Both the position numbers and the translations under genes were made by a program. From Bugula neritina (lineage: Eukaryota > Animalia > Bryozoa), in NCBI GenBank assembly GCA_964035545.1, contig OZ037772.1, positions 12,584,818 to 12,648,817 of the forward strand: a stretch of DNA of 64,000 bases. The letters are read 5' to 3'. The notes under the pieces are model-generated. The model saw only the letters and a list, made by a program, of their open reading frames with translations, was not told the origin of the DNA and did not search any database. Positions 1 through 14,500 of this stretch are shown here, one piece after another; position 1 is the stretch's first letter, and the number at the start of each line of letters is the position of its first letter.

Positions 1-694
1 TTATTCAGAAACAACTGTCATAGACACGAATGATGCTGTCGCTATTATGATGGAGAATTTGGTGTCCGAAGCTCAGAACGGGTGAGAAGGTAACTCCGTG
101 CATACAGGTTAGAGAGGCTGACTATTAGATTCCAAGCGATTCTGTGCTGTCGAGGGGACAATTCCAAACACTCTGACACTATTATGTGCGGCATGTCTAT
201 CAGACTGATGATCAGGTGTCATACTCAAGTAGGCTATGGGTATAACTTGTAAATATGTATTTAATGTAATTTTTCCCTTTTCAATACTTGACATCCATAT
301 AACATTTTTCATATAATATATATACATGTATTGAATCAAAATAAATTTTTACAAGCTTGAACCTGATTTTAACATCATTATGCCTTAAATTGCCAATTTA
401 GATACCAATAAAGTGATTCAACTATTAAAAATGTAATCAAAGAATAATTGGGTCATTTGAAAAGTTGGTAGCCAATTATCATCCTTGTTATAAAAAGTGT
501 TTAATATAAAACTACAAAATACAAAGCTTGTAGATAGAAAATTATGATGGAAGATATAACTAGTTGACTAGTTGGAAGCTGGTCTTGGATTGGCAGAGTA
601 CTTGTAAACCAGCTGCTGATTTGTTAATAGCTAACTGCACGCCCATAACTGAGTATCAATTGGATTAAAAGCCAAGCTCTTGCAGTAATTAGAC

Positions 695-3600
695 TCATGA
701 GTAAAATGATTGGCCGACTGGTTGTAAGCCAGGCATTGATTGGCTAGGAATTGGCTGGTTGCGAGTTAGATTAGAGTGACTGCCAGGTTGAGAAGTTGAA
801 CTATTGCCCATGAAGGGAGGATCGAGCAAGTGGACAGGAGAATTTGATTGGCTAACTACTTTGTTCAAGACATATGATTGGCTGTGCTGGTCATTCTGGT
901 GCTGCGTATAACTTGTGACTTCTGGTGATGAGTTGATTGGTTGCCTGGAGACCAGATGCTGTCTGGGTAGGTTTGTCTTATATTGATTGCTATTGGCTGG
1001 AATTTCTTGTGATGTTTTGGAATATGACGAATCATTTGCAGACCGTACTTCTATTGTCAAACTTTCACTGGGAATAAGAGAACAATCGGTATTGGTGGAA
1101 GCATCAGCTGTCTTCTTAACTGTGATTGGGTGATTATCTGCAAATCAAAACTGTATAATGAAAGCAAACAATTAGATGATGAAACGAAGTGAAAGAGTGT
1201 TGCGAATTTATGGAGAAAGATATGTATGGCTTGAACTTTAATCAATGAAATAAGTTTTACTGTCATTCAGGTGTTATTAGCTTCTCCCCTAAACTCAGCC
1301 AACATATTGTATGTAGCACATCACCTTATCTGTTGAGGAAATTTTATCAAGTTTAGAGAACACAATACAAGTAAGCTGTCGATATAAATCAACTAGTAGG
1401 AGACAAACTAAGCGATTTGAGATATAACTGGTAAATGAAAAGTTGGACTCACTGTGAGTTGTCTGGTGCTCCACACACTCCACTTGAGAGAAGAAGGAGC
1501 TGGGGCAGACAAATCCACACTTGAAGGGTCCTTCGGAGTTGTGCTGAGTTTTCATGTGTCGTGTGAAGTTGGCCTTAGATGCCCAAGTACGTCTGAAAAT
1601 GAGAAATTAGAATCAGCTGTAGGGCTAGGTTGACCAACTGAGGTGTATTATGAAAGACTTGTTTTGTCGTGTGTATAATAATTCATTTAGCGATGGGATT
1701 GTCTTCCCTATATTTCTCACTATTGCTTATAACTGCCTCAAAACTTAAGCAGAAACACACAGAGAGATGATGCGTCTACTCCGTCTAGACAAATGTGTTA
1801 TTTAACAGATTTTGTCACATTCAGTGCTAGAAACTCTGTTCTACCAATCAAATTAACTACTCTCACTGATAGATTTGATAATGCTGGAGAATACAACTTC
1901 TAAATAAGGTGTAATATTATATATAATATTATAACGAAATTCTCTAAACAATACTTCTAGGCCGGGCAGTGCAAACAGCTGAACCTATGGCCCAAGTCCA
2001 TTAACCAAAGTTGAAGCGCAGGTAAAAATGCCTACCTGCAGAGGGCGCAAGTAAAGGATTTTCTAAAGAGTTTAGGCTTGTTGTGGTTGTTAGGGTCAAG
2101 GGACGGAGGCAGCACCCCGTTGTGATGCTGTTCCAGGTGCTGCCTGAGCTGTGTTGTCTGTCGGCAGCGATATGAACAGAGCTCGCAGCTGATTGGCTTT
2201 TCACCAGTATGAGTCATGAGGTGCTTCTTCAGGTTGCCAGGCTGAGAGGAGCGATAGGTGCAGTGTGGGCACTACAGTACAGTGTGGACACTACAGTACA
2301 GTGTGGACACTACAGTACAGTGTGGACACTACAGTACAGTGTGGACACTACAGTACAGTGTGGACACTACAGTACAGTGTGGACACTACAGTACAGTGTG
2401 GACACTACAGTACGGTGTGGACACTACAGTACGGTGTGGACACTACAGTACGGTGTGGACACTACAGTACGGTGTGGACACTACAGTACGGTGTGGACAC
2501 TACAGTACGGTGTGGACACTACAGTACGGTGTGGACACTACAGTACGGTGTGGACACTACAGTACAGTGTGGACATTACAGTGTAACTACACACTATTAT
2601 AGTGTAACTACAGAGTAAATAGAATCACCTCATGAGGTTTACTTCCAGAGTGAATCACAATATGCTTGTCCAAGCCTTGTTTCCTGTAAGTCTTGAACGA
2701 GCAGTGCGGGCACTGGAACATATTTCCTGCAAGAGGCAATAGGGATCAGGATCAGAGCTAAGCATATTATACTTGTAACATATTGACAAGCAGCCCTTTC
2801 AGTTGAAAGATAAACTCACCTGAGTGAAGTCTCATGTGGTTGGTTAAATCTCCTTTCCAGGGGGTGCTGTAATCACACTCGACACACTTGAATAGTGTGT
2901 TGTTGTGTCGGCGCATGTGGTTGGATAGTCCGTGAGACCATTTGCTCCTATAGCTGCATATGTTACATTTATACTTCTCAGCTCTCTCCTTGGCTGACCG
3001 TCTGCGACATGAGCTGGTCCTGTGAACAGAGAGAGAAAACTTCAGTTCATACTTTTTATGCCAAAGCTGTTGCCAAACTTATAGTAAACATAATTTTCAG
3101 AATACAAAAGAGACAACATGACGTAACATATTGTCAGTAAGAAATGCAATGAAGAGCATCGTTTCCTCTGGAGAAAGTAGAATATTGGATCTGAGGCTAC
3201 ATACTTAGTCAGCTGGTTCCCTGGCAATCTCTCCGATGAGTCATCAGTTGAAGCAGCATGATCAGACGTCATATCGTTGTCAGCTGCCAGTTCCATCTCT
3301 AACAACACAATAGTATCGCAGTAACTTTAGCATGACTTGACAACTCCATCAAACACTTTTAAAACATGCGAACACAACACAAGACTGTGAACATGCAGTA
3401 AAAATTAAATTTACTACCAGAGTAGACAATTCTACAATTACACTGAAAAGTTTCTACATGTTAAAACTAATTCGGGTATGTGATTGGTTCCATATTCCAT
3501 TATCATAATGTAGGAATAAATTATAGAAACCTGTCACATCTACACTTCAATAGCTCATAGTCAATTAGTCAATGTTCACTGTCTTCTATTGAAACAAATG

Positions 3601-4264
3601 ACTAGGATTTATACTCACCTGTATTTTTACCAACAGCCGAACCCAATACTGTGATGGCAGCAGCAGCCTGAGCTTGCTGACTCACTAGATGCTGGTACTG
3701 ACTCATCACTGAGTCAGAGAAAATCTGGACAATAAAAGCAAACTGCTATACTGAGAGCAACCACAGCTTTAGTAAGTAAGGTACAAATGTGGCACTGGAA
3801 CATGTAAATATATTTATAAATAACAAATTTACATACTCCAAAATATCTGTATTTTTATAACTTTTTACAAATGTTTCATAACTTCAAATATATTTAGTAA
3901 AACATTCAAGCCTTTCGTTTTATGCACTGTAATAATGAAGAGCAATACTTGCTTCTTGACAAAGTCTAGGTATTAAAAAGTTAGCCCTTCTAATAAACAT
4001 AGCCCTAAGATAGCCTTTTCATTGCTTCTAGTGAAAGGCATATGCGATATTTTACAACAGTAGCTAAGACATCACACAGCTCTCTGGAACTCTTTGCAAG
4101 AACATAAGGCTTACATGCTCAGAGAAAGAGGGAAGATCTTCTATAGATCCGGCCTCATGACTTGTACTAGAATTGTGCACTTGACTAGCCTTTTTTCTTG
4201 GCTGATTCCTAGTACCATGGTTGGGAGAATGAGAAGCACCAACAATCTTCTTTTGTTCAGCCAT
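695..4264 (-). CDS. C2H2 zinc-finger protein (7 fingers), multi-exon
   Basis: Phase-consistent GT-AG exons: 4264-4115, 3724-3619, 3298-3205, 3019-2820, 2726-2629, 2271-2036, 1592-1453, 1137-695. Fingers include YKCNICSYRSKWSHGLSNHMRRH, FKCVECDYSTPWKGDLTNHMRLH, FQCPHCSFKTYRKQGLDKHIVIH and CPHCTYRSSQPGNLKKHLMTH with a TGEKP linker, followed by a S/Q/P-rich tail. The 3' end is uncertain. Confidence 0.85.
2261..2590. repeat. 19-bp minisatellite (CAGTGTGGACACTACAGTA)n, about 17 copies, spanning an intron/exon acceptor
   Basis: Directly visible. The minus-strand unit TACTGTAG|TGTCCACACTG copies the acceptor plus the first codons (C-P-H) of the 2271-2036 exon. Confidence 0.95.
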
Positions 4265-7200
4265 TCCCAACCCAAGAATTTGGCTATAAATCAAAATGTC
4301 AATTATTGAGAAAGTTCTTAAGCACCATTCAACTTTCAATGTGTTTGACTTTCTCAGAAAGTATCAATTATTAACATTTTTCTAAATTACCAAGTTTAAT
4401 CCACCCTTTGAAACTTAAAAAGCTAAGATAAAGCAACACAAAGTACATATTCAGTGTGATTACACTGACACTCTTACTCTTGGTCTTATTCTAGTTTAAA
4501 ATTTCTCCGTCATTCAACATTAGAACTCAAACCGACATGTATTGATAATTATAATAATTTTCATAATTAGTATATTAATGATTATTATTATAACTAATAG
4601 GCTACCATTACTATTTAATTTTATGCTTTGCTTTCAGTTTGCAGTTTCAGTTTGAGTTTACACTTTACAATTAGTCAGAATTACTCATTTTGATTTTCAT
4701 TTTGATTTTGACTTAGTTTTACTTTGATGGGGAAAAACGGGGTAGATAACAATAACATAATTTTAGTAAAAATATTATAAAAACAACAATCAACTCGTTT
4801 GGTGATGAGAAGCTTTGAATATTTTCATTATTAATAAATAACACTTACAGCCTACAGGTAAACTAGGCAAAGACCAGAGTCTATAGCTACAAAAATCACT
4901 GAGCACCACTAATTAGGAAAATCGAGAAATACTGATAATTGAGTCGCTATATGCGAATGTTGATTTGTGGCCAACACCATTATCAACTCAGATTTTACAT
5001 TGTCTTGTGAAGGACGGGGAGTAACTTGAACCACACGCGTAATCAGTTTTATTACAAGCTAATTATTTTCTAGATTTCTATCAATAACTTTATGTGACCC
5101 AAATCATCAGCATGAATTGCATCTGATACAGTGATCTTCATAATCATTGTGAGTTAGGTAATTATTACCGCACTACATTAAATTTCATAGAGCAAGAAGC
5201 ATTTATTTTATGTTATAATTAGTATTAGGAATTAGTTATTTCAATTCAGAAATTTGATTTATGATTGAATTTCAATATCTATTTAATAAATCCTAAAACT
5301 AAAACTTTAAAAATAAAAGTAAATTAAGTTCTAACTTGAGACTTATTACTTATAGTTGTAACTTGCTCTTAGTCTTACAGTTACTACTTACTAGTTACTA
5401 CTCAGAGTTGGTTTTCAAGTTCAAGTTTAACTTATTTTAATTCAATTTAAAAGTGATTATTCGACTAAATTTTAAGTTTGCAACCTGGTCCTGTGATTCA
5501 TCATCAGTCGCAGTTTGTGAACTTAAAGTGAAAGTCAACATCTTACAGTTTGAGTTACTGGAATATGCATATTGATAAGGTCAGAGAGAAAATCCAAGAG
5601 TGAGATTGAGATTTTAACAGCAACACTTATAGTTATATTTATAAGTTATACATATTGGAGCAATACTCACAGTTGGAATTTTTATCTTTTGACTCTAGCG
5701 TTACTATTATATCTGCAACACTCGAAGTTTAGTGGCAGTCACAGTGAGTTTGAGTCTTGAGTTAAACCAAGAGAGGAAATATTAATAGCTTCTGCTTGCA
5801 GCAACGTCCTTAACTCCTGCAAGTGAATCACAATGCGGTCAGGTTGATGAAATTTAACAGTGGAAAATAATCTTTGGAAATTAATCTTTATTCATAAATG
5901 TAAGTTGAAGTCTCTACAAGGCATTAAGCATTACATTTACTAAATCGTGTTGTTGCCATATGGACATATTTATATACAAATCATGTTGAGAATTGTTATT
6001 GTAATTCTTCGTTTCATTAAATCAATTTTATTTTTTGATTTATATAGTTTACTCTTCAAACTTACCTGAAATTCAAATCAGGTCGAAGTGGTACATCAGA
6101 GGATACTAGTTTACAATCACTTAATGCTGCACACAGTCATGGGATTTTGATAATTAGGTAAGTATTTTGTATAATGATATACTTGGTTAGTTGTAAGTTT
6201 ATTCAAAGCTGATAACATGATAGCATAAGTCTTCACCAAACAACTCCCTACTAGCTGGTAACTGTGTTATATCTAACATCTCTACTGTATTTAGAAATAT
6301 CATGCAGTCTTCTCTCGTTCTGAGTTTATGAGCTAGTTCTGTGTTCAACTGCAATCATGTTAAACTGCCAGGTTTACTTTGACTTCTGTAAGACTCACTT
6401 CTGTTGTTGTGTACATGAGAATAAGTATAAGGATGGATTATATATTTAAATGTGTTATTGGGTTGGATTTTTGGGGCCAAGTACTGACTTTATGTTGGCT
6501 AGTAAGTAGAGATATACTAGTTAGATCAATTTGTCAAAACTTAGAATAAGAATAATTAGTAAAAAGAGACACCAAACATTTATAAGATGTAACTTTGAAG
6601 GTTTAAATCGTGAGAAGAATTTCAGCTTTTAAAAAGTCATAGACAGAAAAAGGGAAGGGAGAACTAAAATTTAGACCTGATGGTTAATTTTTTATGATTT
6701 CTGTGTAAATGCAAGTTGCAAGTATTTGTGTATTATAATGAGATCACATGAGAAGGTAAAGTCAGAGTTTGCAGGCTATGTATAATATGTAGCTGAAGGA
6801 ACAGATCCTGCAGTAAAAAGACTGTTTCATTTGACTGACATTAGGTTTGCGTAGGCTTTGCAACTTTAAAGGTTTTTGTTACTAAATTGAATAGAATGAA
6901 TGAACTGCTGGTGATAACATCTATTCACTTCTCAACTCAACTTTAAGTGACACGGGCCAGACAAACAGACAGACATCAGATAACACAACAATATAACAAT
7001 GTCACACAAACATGCCCCAAACAGCATCACAACAGCTGGCGCCTTGCATATGAACACCAGTGTTTGTTGACTAACTAAGTCCTCACTGTGAGATGGAGAT
7101 AGGCTTGTTTTGACTGAGTGTTGTTTAGGATAATTTTAGCTAACCTTGAAGAGAGCTGCTACCATGTGATCTTGTGAAATGTTGATTGTTTTTGTTTTAT

Positions 7201-8555
7201 TTCTTATCGTAAAATGATTCTGAGTAGAGTAGACCATGTCATGTCCTGTGTTCCATATTGGCACACAACTATTGATTTCTGATTTCCTGCAGAGGTAGTG
7301 TTAGGGGGGTAGTTTTAGAAATCAGCTCTTATGCATATTAATGGGCTATTCATATTGTAGTTAAATATATTATGCTATATATACTGACGATGTTGATTCA
7401 TGTGATTGCACATACTGCTTTACTAAACTGAAACTTAGCTTATAATCATACTAGTTTTAGTCTCAACTTCCAGTTATTTTCTTCAAATTCCAAGTCTAAC
7501 TGTCACCTATTTCTAACCTTGACACGCTCTAATAACTATATAAATTAATACTCCCCTCCTCCTACACATAAGATGATTGGAACATCTCAAATTCTCCTCC
7601 TCATATTGTGTCTAAAATGTTTTGAACATAATATGGAAATAAATTGTGAAGATTCGCTTCAGCAAGCATTGCCTTGCCGCCTACATAAATAAAATAATGT
7701 ATTCATGCACTACAAAATAATGTAGTCATGTATCACAATATAATATGTATTGATATGTCACGGAATAATTTTATTGATGTGTTATAAAATAATAAATTCA
7801 GGCATTAAAACTTTCAAAAGTCTGATTTGCATATCGTGTCCAAAAATATTTTGGAGATAATATACAAATAATTAGAGAATAATGATATAGATAAGGAATT
7901 AGCAATAATATCACTATAAGTGCAGGAATTAAAAGATGATGAAATTGTTGAAGGTTTTTGCACTGCAGTCACCATATGGCCTGGAAGTTCACTAGCTTAG
8001 CCTCAGCCCACACATACCATTAGCATATTTCTAGCCACTCACTCTACTAATACCCACATGGGCACCTTCTTTACTTGAGTAATCAAAATATAATGTGTTT
8101 GTTTAGTGGAAAAGCTTCAATTACTTTTGTCAACTCTGTATGGGCAAAGCAAACACTCCACTACACTAACACACCTCACTTCTAACTAAATATAACTGTA
8201 TATCAAAGTAGCTGCTATACGCTGCCTGCTGCCAGATCATTTGAGGAAGTAGATTGATTCTTGAATTGAAATATTTCAAACTTGATATAATTTAACTACT
8301 GAAATGTTGTATAGTGGTGGTTGGCTATTGAATGGTGCAATACATAAAGTGGTGGTTACAATGTTGGTGTAGAACCACAGCGTACTCAGGTAATCCTTAG
8401 GTATGTAGACCTATCACTCAGGTACAGGTGTGTTTCAATTGTTTGTTATAAAGTACTTTAGTAATAATTAGTATATAATATAAACTAGTATAAACTAATC
8501 CAGTTTTTTAGAATAATTAGTAAGCTATAAACTAATCCAGTATTTGCTGGAGGGG

Positions 8556-8608
8556 TACCCTCATACTACCCTCATACTACCCTCATACTACCCTCATACT
8601 ACCCTCAT
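8556..8608. repeat. 11-bp tandem repeat (TACCCTCATAC)n, about 5 copies
   Basis: Directly visible. Confidence 0.9.
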
Positions 8609-8982
8609 AACTTGATTACCAGTTTAGCATCTTCAGTGGAATGGTAAAATTAGCTTAACTTAATGCATAACAAAGGAATAGTATTTATAATCAGTTTTAG
8701 TTTGTTTTATGTGGATATGAAAGCCTCTAACTCAGATTTTGCTATAAAAACTGCTTCCAAAATGACAAACTACGCAGAGTAAAGGGAAAGTCAGCAATCT
8801 ACACCCTAATGTTGCTGCATCAACTGCAAAGTCATCAGTGGAAGGCTGCTGTCCTCATGTTAGATTCATTGCCAGTGCAAATACTTGTTGGTTTCCTCAG
8901 CTCCCTTGGGAAATCCTGTCTTTTTGACTCGTGAATTGTTGGTCATGCTGAAAGCCTCTTTCTGAATAATTCATATGTGCAT

Positions 8983-9141
8983 CCTGTCAGCACAGAGCAC
9001 TTGCCATTGCCTGTCAGCACAGAGCACTTGCCATTGCCTGTCAGCACAGATCACTTGCCATTGTCTGTCATGACAGAGCACTTGCCATTGCCTGTCAACA
9101 CAGAGCACTTGTCATCTTCTGTCAGCACAGAGCACTTGCAA
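8983..9141. repeat. 27-bp minisatellite (CCTGTCAGCACAGAGCACTTGCCATTG)n, about 6 copies
   Basis: Directly visible; it explains the PVSTEHLPL repeats in ORF 8977-9270. Confidence 0.9.
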
Positions 9142-9606
9142 TCTCTTGTTACCAATCCTTTCTTTTCCCCCACCCTTGGTAATTCCTGGAGAAGTGTTAT
9201 ACATGTATACTTCCAGGTCAGCACAAAGGGTTTGCATTATTCAGGACTTTCTATGTGTGAGACACTGTAGAGTGTAGAGTGTAGATATACTTGTTGATGT
9301 TCAGCTGTGACATGTGGGAAATAAAGTTCTCTTGTTTTGACAGTTTCTTTAATACAACTTTCCCACTTACTTTATTTAAAATGAAATTATAGTTTCAGCT
9401 ATCTGATTGTATTGACATGACTAGAGAAATCACTCTCTATTCTATCTAATAGTGAGTTACAGAGACATAGAGCTTGTATGTACTCAGTATGTGTCTTCAT
9501 TTTACTAGTTACTAGTTTTATTTCGAGTGTACAGTTTATTTTGACTCAGATATCACTTAGACTTGCAATTACTTCATCATTGCCAAAGACACCACTGAGA
9601 TTAATT

Positions 9607-9825
9607 CAGTGCTCTCTCTATATCTCACATTTCTCACGGAATCCTTTAGGTCACGAGAAGTGTTTGGACACCATTTTGTGGCTTGTGTACGTGTGTATGG
9701 GGACAAAATGGCCGAGTTTAATGAATCTGTGAGTTAAATCTGGTATTCTACTATGTCACAGTTGAGGTTTTGAGACTCGCAGCCTAGTGAGATACGGAGT
9801 TTAGTGAGATAGGGAGGGAGCACTG
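9607..9825. mobile_element. MITE, Tc1/mariner (pogo-like) type, about 220 bp
   Basis: Imperfect 22-bp TIRs: left CAGTGCTCTCTCTATATCTCAC, right (reverse complement) CAGTGCTCCCTCCCTATCTCAC. TA follows the right end; the left flank is TT. No ORF. Confidence 0.65.
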
Positions 9826-10740
9826 TATAGTTTGTAAGGGGTAGAGTTGGTATGTGTACCATCACTTCTGCTCTCCAAGGGGCAATGCCTGGAGCATTGC
9901 AAACCCACTCCATCTTCACGTTCTTCTGCATTCACTTCACGCTCTGCTGAAGTTGACAGCGATTTGACATTCAGATAACTTTTTAATAACAGGCTTAGTA
10001 TAAGTTCTATTCTGCAGTTAAGGGTGGGAGAGTTGACCTTCCCTACTAGCTGTGAAGGTCATTGCTCTATGTATGACCTTGTATCACTATTCTTGTATTC
10101 TCATCCAATTCCTTCTCTTCCAGTACACATCTCACACTGCCTGGGTACTTGCTGCAGTAGATTCTCAAGTTTTAATGTGGAATAATAAGTGCCAAAAAGT
10201 ACAGCAAGTATAAATTTCAAACTAGAGTTTTCACTTGAAATTGCTTTAACATCTCACCATGCACTGCTATTATATTCAATCTCGCAAGACTAAATCGCTG
10301 ACTGTTGCATCAGCTGAACTAACAACAGGTGAAAGCTGCCTTCCAACCTATTGTCAGCTGACTCAATCACCTGCTGCCACCTGCTGCCTATTTGCTGTCA
10401 TCTGTTTATGATCATGTAGCTAAGGTTTGGCATGTTCTCATTAATCAGCTTGTCACAGTGCCTTGACACGCCTTGCAACTAAACACTGCAGAGTATTCCA
10501 TCAGCTGTCTCTTCTCTTACCTCAGCTGTAAGTTAGAGATACTAGTGGGTAGACAACTCACAACTTCTAGTTTAATAGAATGGTATAAATTAGTGAATGG
10601 TTGGTTGAACTCTGCTGCCAGGTTATTTACGTCAGCGGATTACCTCAGCAGTTGAACGGCTGATTAGTTCAATAGTTTATTATACAAGTTCATCCAACAT
10701 ACTCTCTCTTATATACTCTCTATACACTCGCACTTGGTGT

Positions 10741-10803
10741 AGGTACACTCAGGTACACTCAGATACACTCAGGTACACTCAGGTACACTCAGGTACACTC
10801 AGG
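10741..10803. repeat. 10-bp tandem repeat (AGGTACACTC)n, about 6 copies
   Basis: Directly visible. Confidence 0.9.
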
Positions 10804-11544
10804 GCAATAAAGTCACTTAACATGCCTGCAGTTTTATTTCTAGTAAACAGAAACACCCATCCGTACCTTTTACAGCAGATAAATATGCTGCCCTCTGGAA
10901 ATTTCCACGCCAGGCAGCATCTTCACCTGGGTGCTGCCTCTGTAACATCAGAGCAATAAAATTATATGATTATATTTCAAGTGTTGTGTTTCACATTTGA
11001 TCTCTCAGGGCACACTTATCAATAGAATATGATCATGTTACTGAAAGTTCTATAGAGATCTTGTTACTAGTCACTACTCTGACCTGACTGACATGTTGAT
11101 TGAATAGAGTTCTCGTATCACTATTTCTGTATTGAAAAGTTATTTTTAGAAGCTTGTTTACAAGTCAGCTGAGGAAACAGCATGACTAACTCTATTTGAG
11201 CTGTTATATTATTTAGTATGTCATTTCTTCACTCAAACTAATATGATTATAGCAGAGTACCAGGGTACAAGGAAGTCCTGGTGATTCAATAATTGTCATT
11301 TCAGTGTTGAGAATTTAATATAATATAATAATGATTTACTGTATCAACTTATCCATTTTGTAACTGTATCAACTTTTCCACTTTGTAACTGTATCAACTT
11401 TTCCATTTTGTATAAACTTGAACATATTCTGTTCATGGCTGTTAATTATTATATTCCCAGGTTTTGAAGATAATGTAGAACCTGAGGAGATCCTCGAATA
11501 GCCAAAGTTCTTTGTGTTGTCATAGCCTGAGCTCTCTAGCCAAC

Positions 11545-14500
11545 ATGACGTCTGCAGAGATTCCACACAAGCATTTAGCCCCTAGCAATGTGTCCCTCGC
11601 CACAGTCGACCTCAAATCTTACAGTCACACAGGCTATTTGGTAAGGAAATACGTCACAACTGTTCATTAGGGAAGATAAATCTTAATCCATTAAGAAGTC
11701 AGTAACGCTGCCTCTCTACTAAAATACTTTTATTGATTTGGATGTAATCATGTATATTTTTTATATTTTATAATAATTTGCTCGTCACGTCACTTTATTG
11801 AATAAGTTAGCCCTGTGCTCACTGGCTGTTAGCTCGAAGTGTATGTGTTGTGAGGAAAATGTTTATATTTTCAACATTATATTAGATTACGTAACTGAGA
11901 GCTAATTTCATCTGTTGTTACGTCTATCTGTGTGTCCTCTACTCTAATGGAGTTTGTGAAGCTTATCTACGCCTATAGTTGACATAAGTGCTTACCATTT
12001 TGTTATATGTTACTGTATATAATATATATTATCAATTATAATATATTACTTTATATACTAGCAATTCTTTGCAATAATATAGATCAATGTGGTTTACGTC
12101 ATGAGTTGTAGATATAGTGTGTTCCCTAAAATAGAAGTTTGTTGAAAATACACTTAATATTCTCTATAATTATTTTAGTTCTATTTTAGAATTGTTTGCT
12201 AAAGATAATGCATATATTTATATTTAGCTGATAGTTCAGCTTCTCTAACTTTACTTAACCACTTAAATCAAACGCTTCGAGTATATTTTTACTCCTGTTA
12301 GAAGTTTCCTCCCACCGGCACTTCTACACCACCAGAAAGATGGAGGCTTACTGAGTCCAGATCTAACAATTCTAAATCTGAAAACTTAACTCTTTGAGTT
12401 GTTCCTCTATGGAACATTTTATTTCCTTTCACATGTAATATAAATATTTATTAACTTTTCCAACGTGAATCAACATTCAGATCTGGATCAGTCAGTCTCC
12501 AGTAGTGATAGTAGAAGTGCCCGGTAGTGACCTTCACCTTCAGTGTCGTGCCTTAGTTATGCTTTACCTGTTGTATTGAGCATTTTGATTGACCGGCAGG
12601 TGAGAGATGAAGAGTACCAGGCGTACACTCTGGTAATGTCTCACAGTAGACAGTCCTCCATGTCCTCTAACAATAGCCAATCACATCAGGTCAGACAACC
12701 CACCAACCAATCACAGCCTTGGGTTTCAAGCACTGTCCAATTAGACTAGTTGTCTGTATATGTTCTAACCAATTGCAGTGGAGTTTCTTAGTAGTGGCTA
12801 CTTATCAATGCTGTGTAGGCTATGGTGATTGGCCAATGCTTTGTAACAATGTTTGTGATTCGTCTAGCTAGTCTAGTTGCTGCTGGTGCTGGAAACACTA
12901 ACCTATTTCAGTTTATGCAGATTTATTGGCTGTTTATTGTATCTTGCAAGATTTCTGCACCTCTAGTTATGTTTCAGTTTCTACTGCTTATCTCTCTATT
13001 TCTCAAACTACTATCTTATTTTCTGTAGATTGCATCTATTTTATGTTGTGTTGCTCTCAGTTTCTGCATATTGATCTTAATCAATGCTTGTATCTTAGTA
13101 ACTGACTGTAGGTTGTCCTGGTTCAAGTATTTGTGTTCTAGTCAATCTCCTCCTCTATATCCAGTATGACATAATATCAAAGCTCAGTATCTAGGTCACA
13201 GCTCTCAACAGCATCTAGGTCATAGCTTTGTTTATTTAAGAGTTGTGTCCCTTTTGTAAGTTTCATCGTGAACTATACCTGCCGTCAGTAACTGAGTGAT
13301 TCACAGACTCAAAATGATTTTGATGAGTGAAGGTGATTTATTTTCAAACTAGTTTTCAACTAAAATGATGATTTATCTGTTAATATTGTTGCTGATGAAA
13401 ATTTAGTCGATGCTAATTGGCTGCTGCTGCTGCTTAGCTCCATCATAACTCCACCATCTGCACATCTGACTAACCAACCAATCCCATTGCTGCACATTGA
13501 ATTTTTATTGGATGTTTGGGAACCAATCAACTGAAACCGCACTCAGTCACGAAGCAATGGGACCGCAGTAAATGCTCTCTTGACTGCTACTAGCTAAAGA
13601 TAAGCACCACAGCCTGTTATAAAAGAAATTTGGTCATGTTTCTGTGACAATGTAATAGTAGTGCTACTGAAACTGGTTGCTATAGCAACTCATGTACCTG
13701 TTTGTTTTTCAAATGCATATCTGCCTACCAAAGCTATTATCTATCAGTTATTGCTTACTCTGTATACTCAGACTGAGAGTGGTACATTGCTTACTCTGTA
13801 TACTCAGACTGAGGCTTACTCTGTATACTCAGACTGAGAGTGTTACATTGCTTACTCTGTATACTCAGACTGAGAGTGTTACATTGCTTACTCTGTATAC
13901 TCAGACTGAGAGTGGTACATTGCTTACTCTGTATACTCAGACTGAGAGTGTTACATTGCTTACTCTGTATACTCAGACTGAGAGTGTTACATTGCTTACT
14001 CTGTATACTCAGACTGAGAGTGTTACATTGCTTACTCTGTATACTCAGACTGAGAGTGTTATATTGCTAACTGTTATACTCAGACTGAGAGTGTTACATT
14101 GCTTACTCTGTATACTCAGACTGAGAGTGTTACATTGCTTACTCTGTATACTCAGACTGAGAGTGGTACATTGCTTACTCTGTATACTCAGACTGAGAGT
14201 GGTACATTGCTTACTCTGTATACTCAGACTGAGAGTGTTACATTGCTTACTCTGTATACTCAGACTGAGAGTGGTACATTGCTTACTCTGTATACTCAGA
14301 CTGAGAGTGGTACATTGCTTACTCTGTATACTCAGACTGAGAGTGGTACATTGCTTACTCTGTATACTCAGACTGAGAGTGGTACATTGCTTACTCTGTA
14401 TACTCAGACTGAGAGTTGTACATTGCTAACTCTGTATACTCAGACTGAGAGTGTTACATTGCTTACTCTGTATACTCAGACTGAGGCTTACTCTGTATAC

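Noticed and set aside
109-339. Minus-strand ORF as an extra last exon of the zinc-finger gene
   Set aside because: The upstream exon already ends in TGA at 695-697, and no convincing donor links the two; unresolved without transcripts.
2209-2618. Three overlapping plus-strand ORFs with CGHYSTVWTLQY repeats
   Set aside because: Artefacts of the 19-bp minisatellite, antisense to the real zinc-finger gene.
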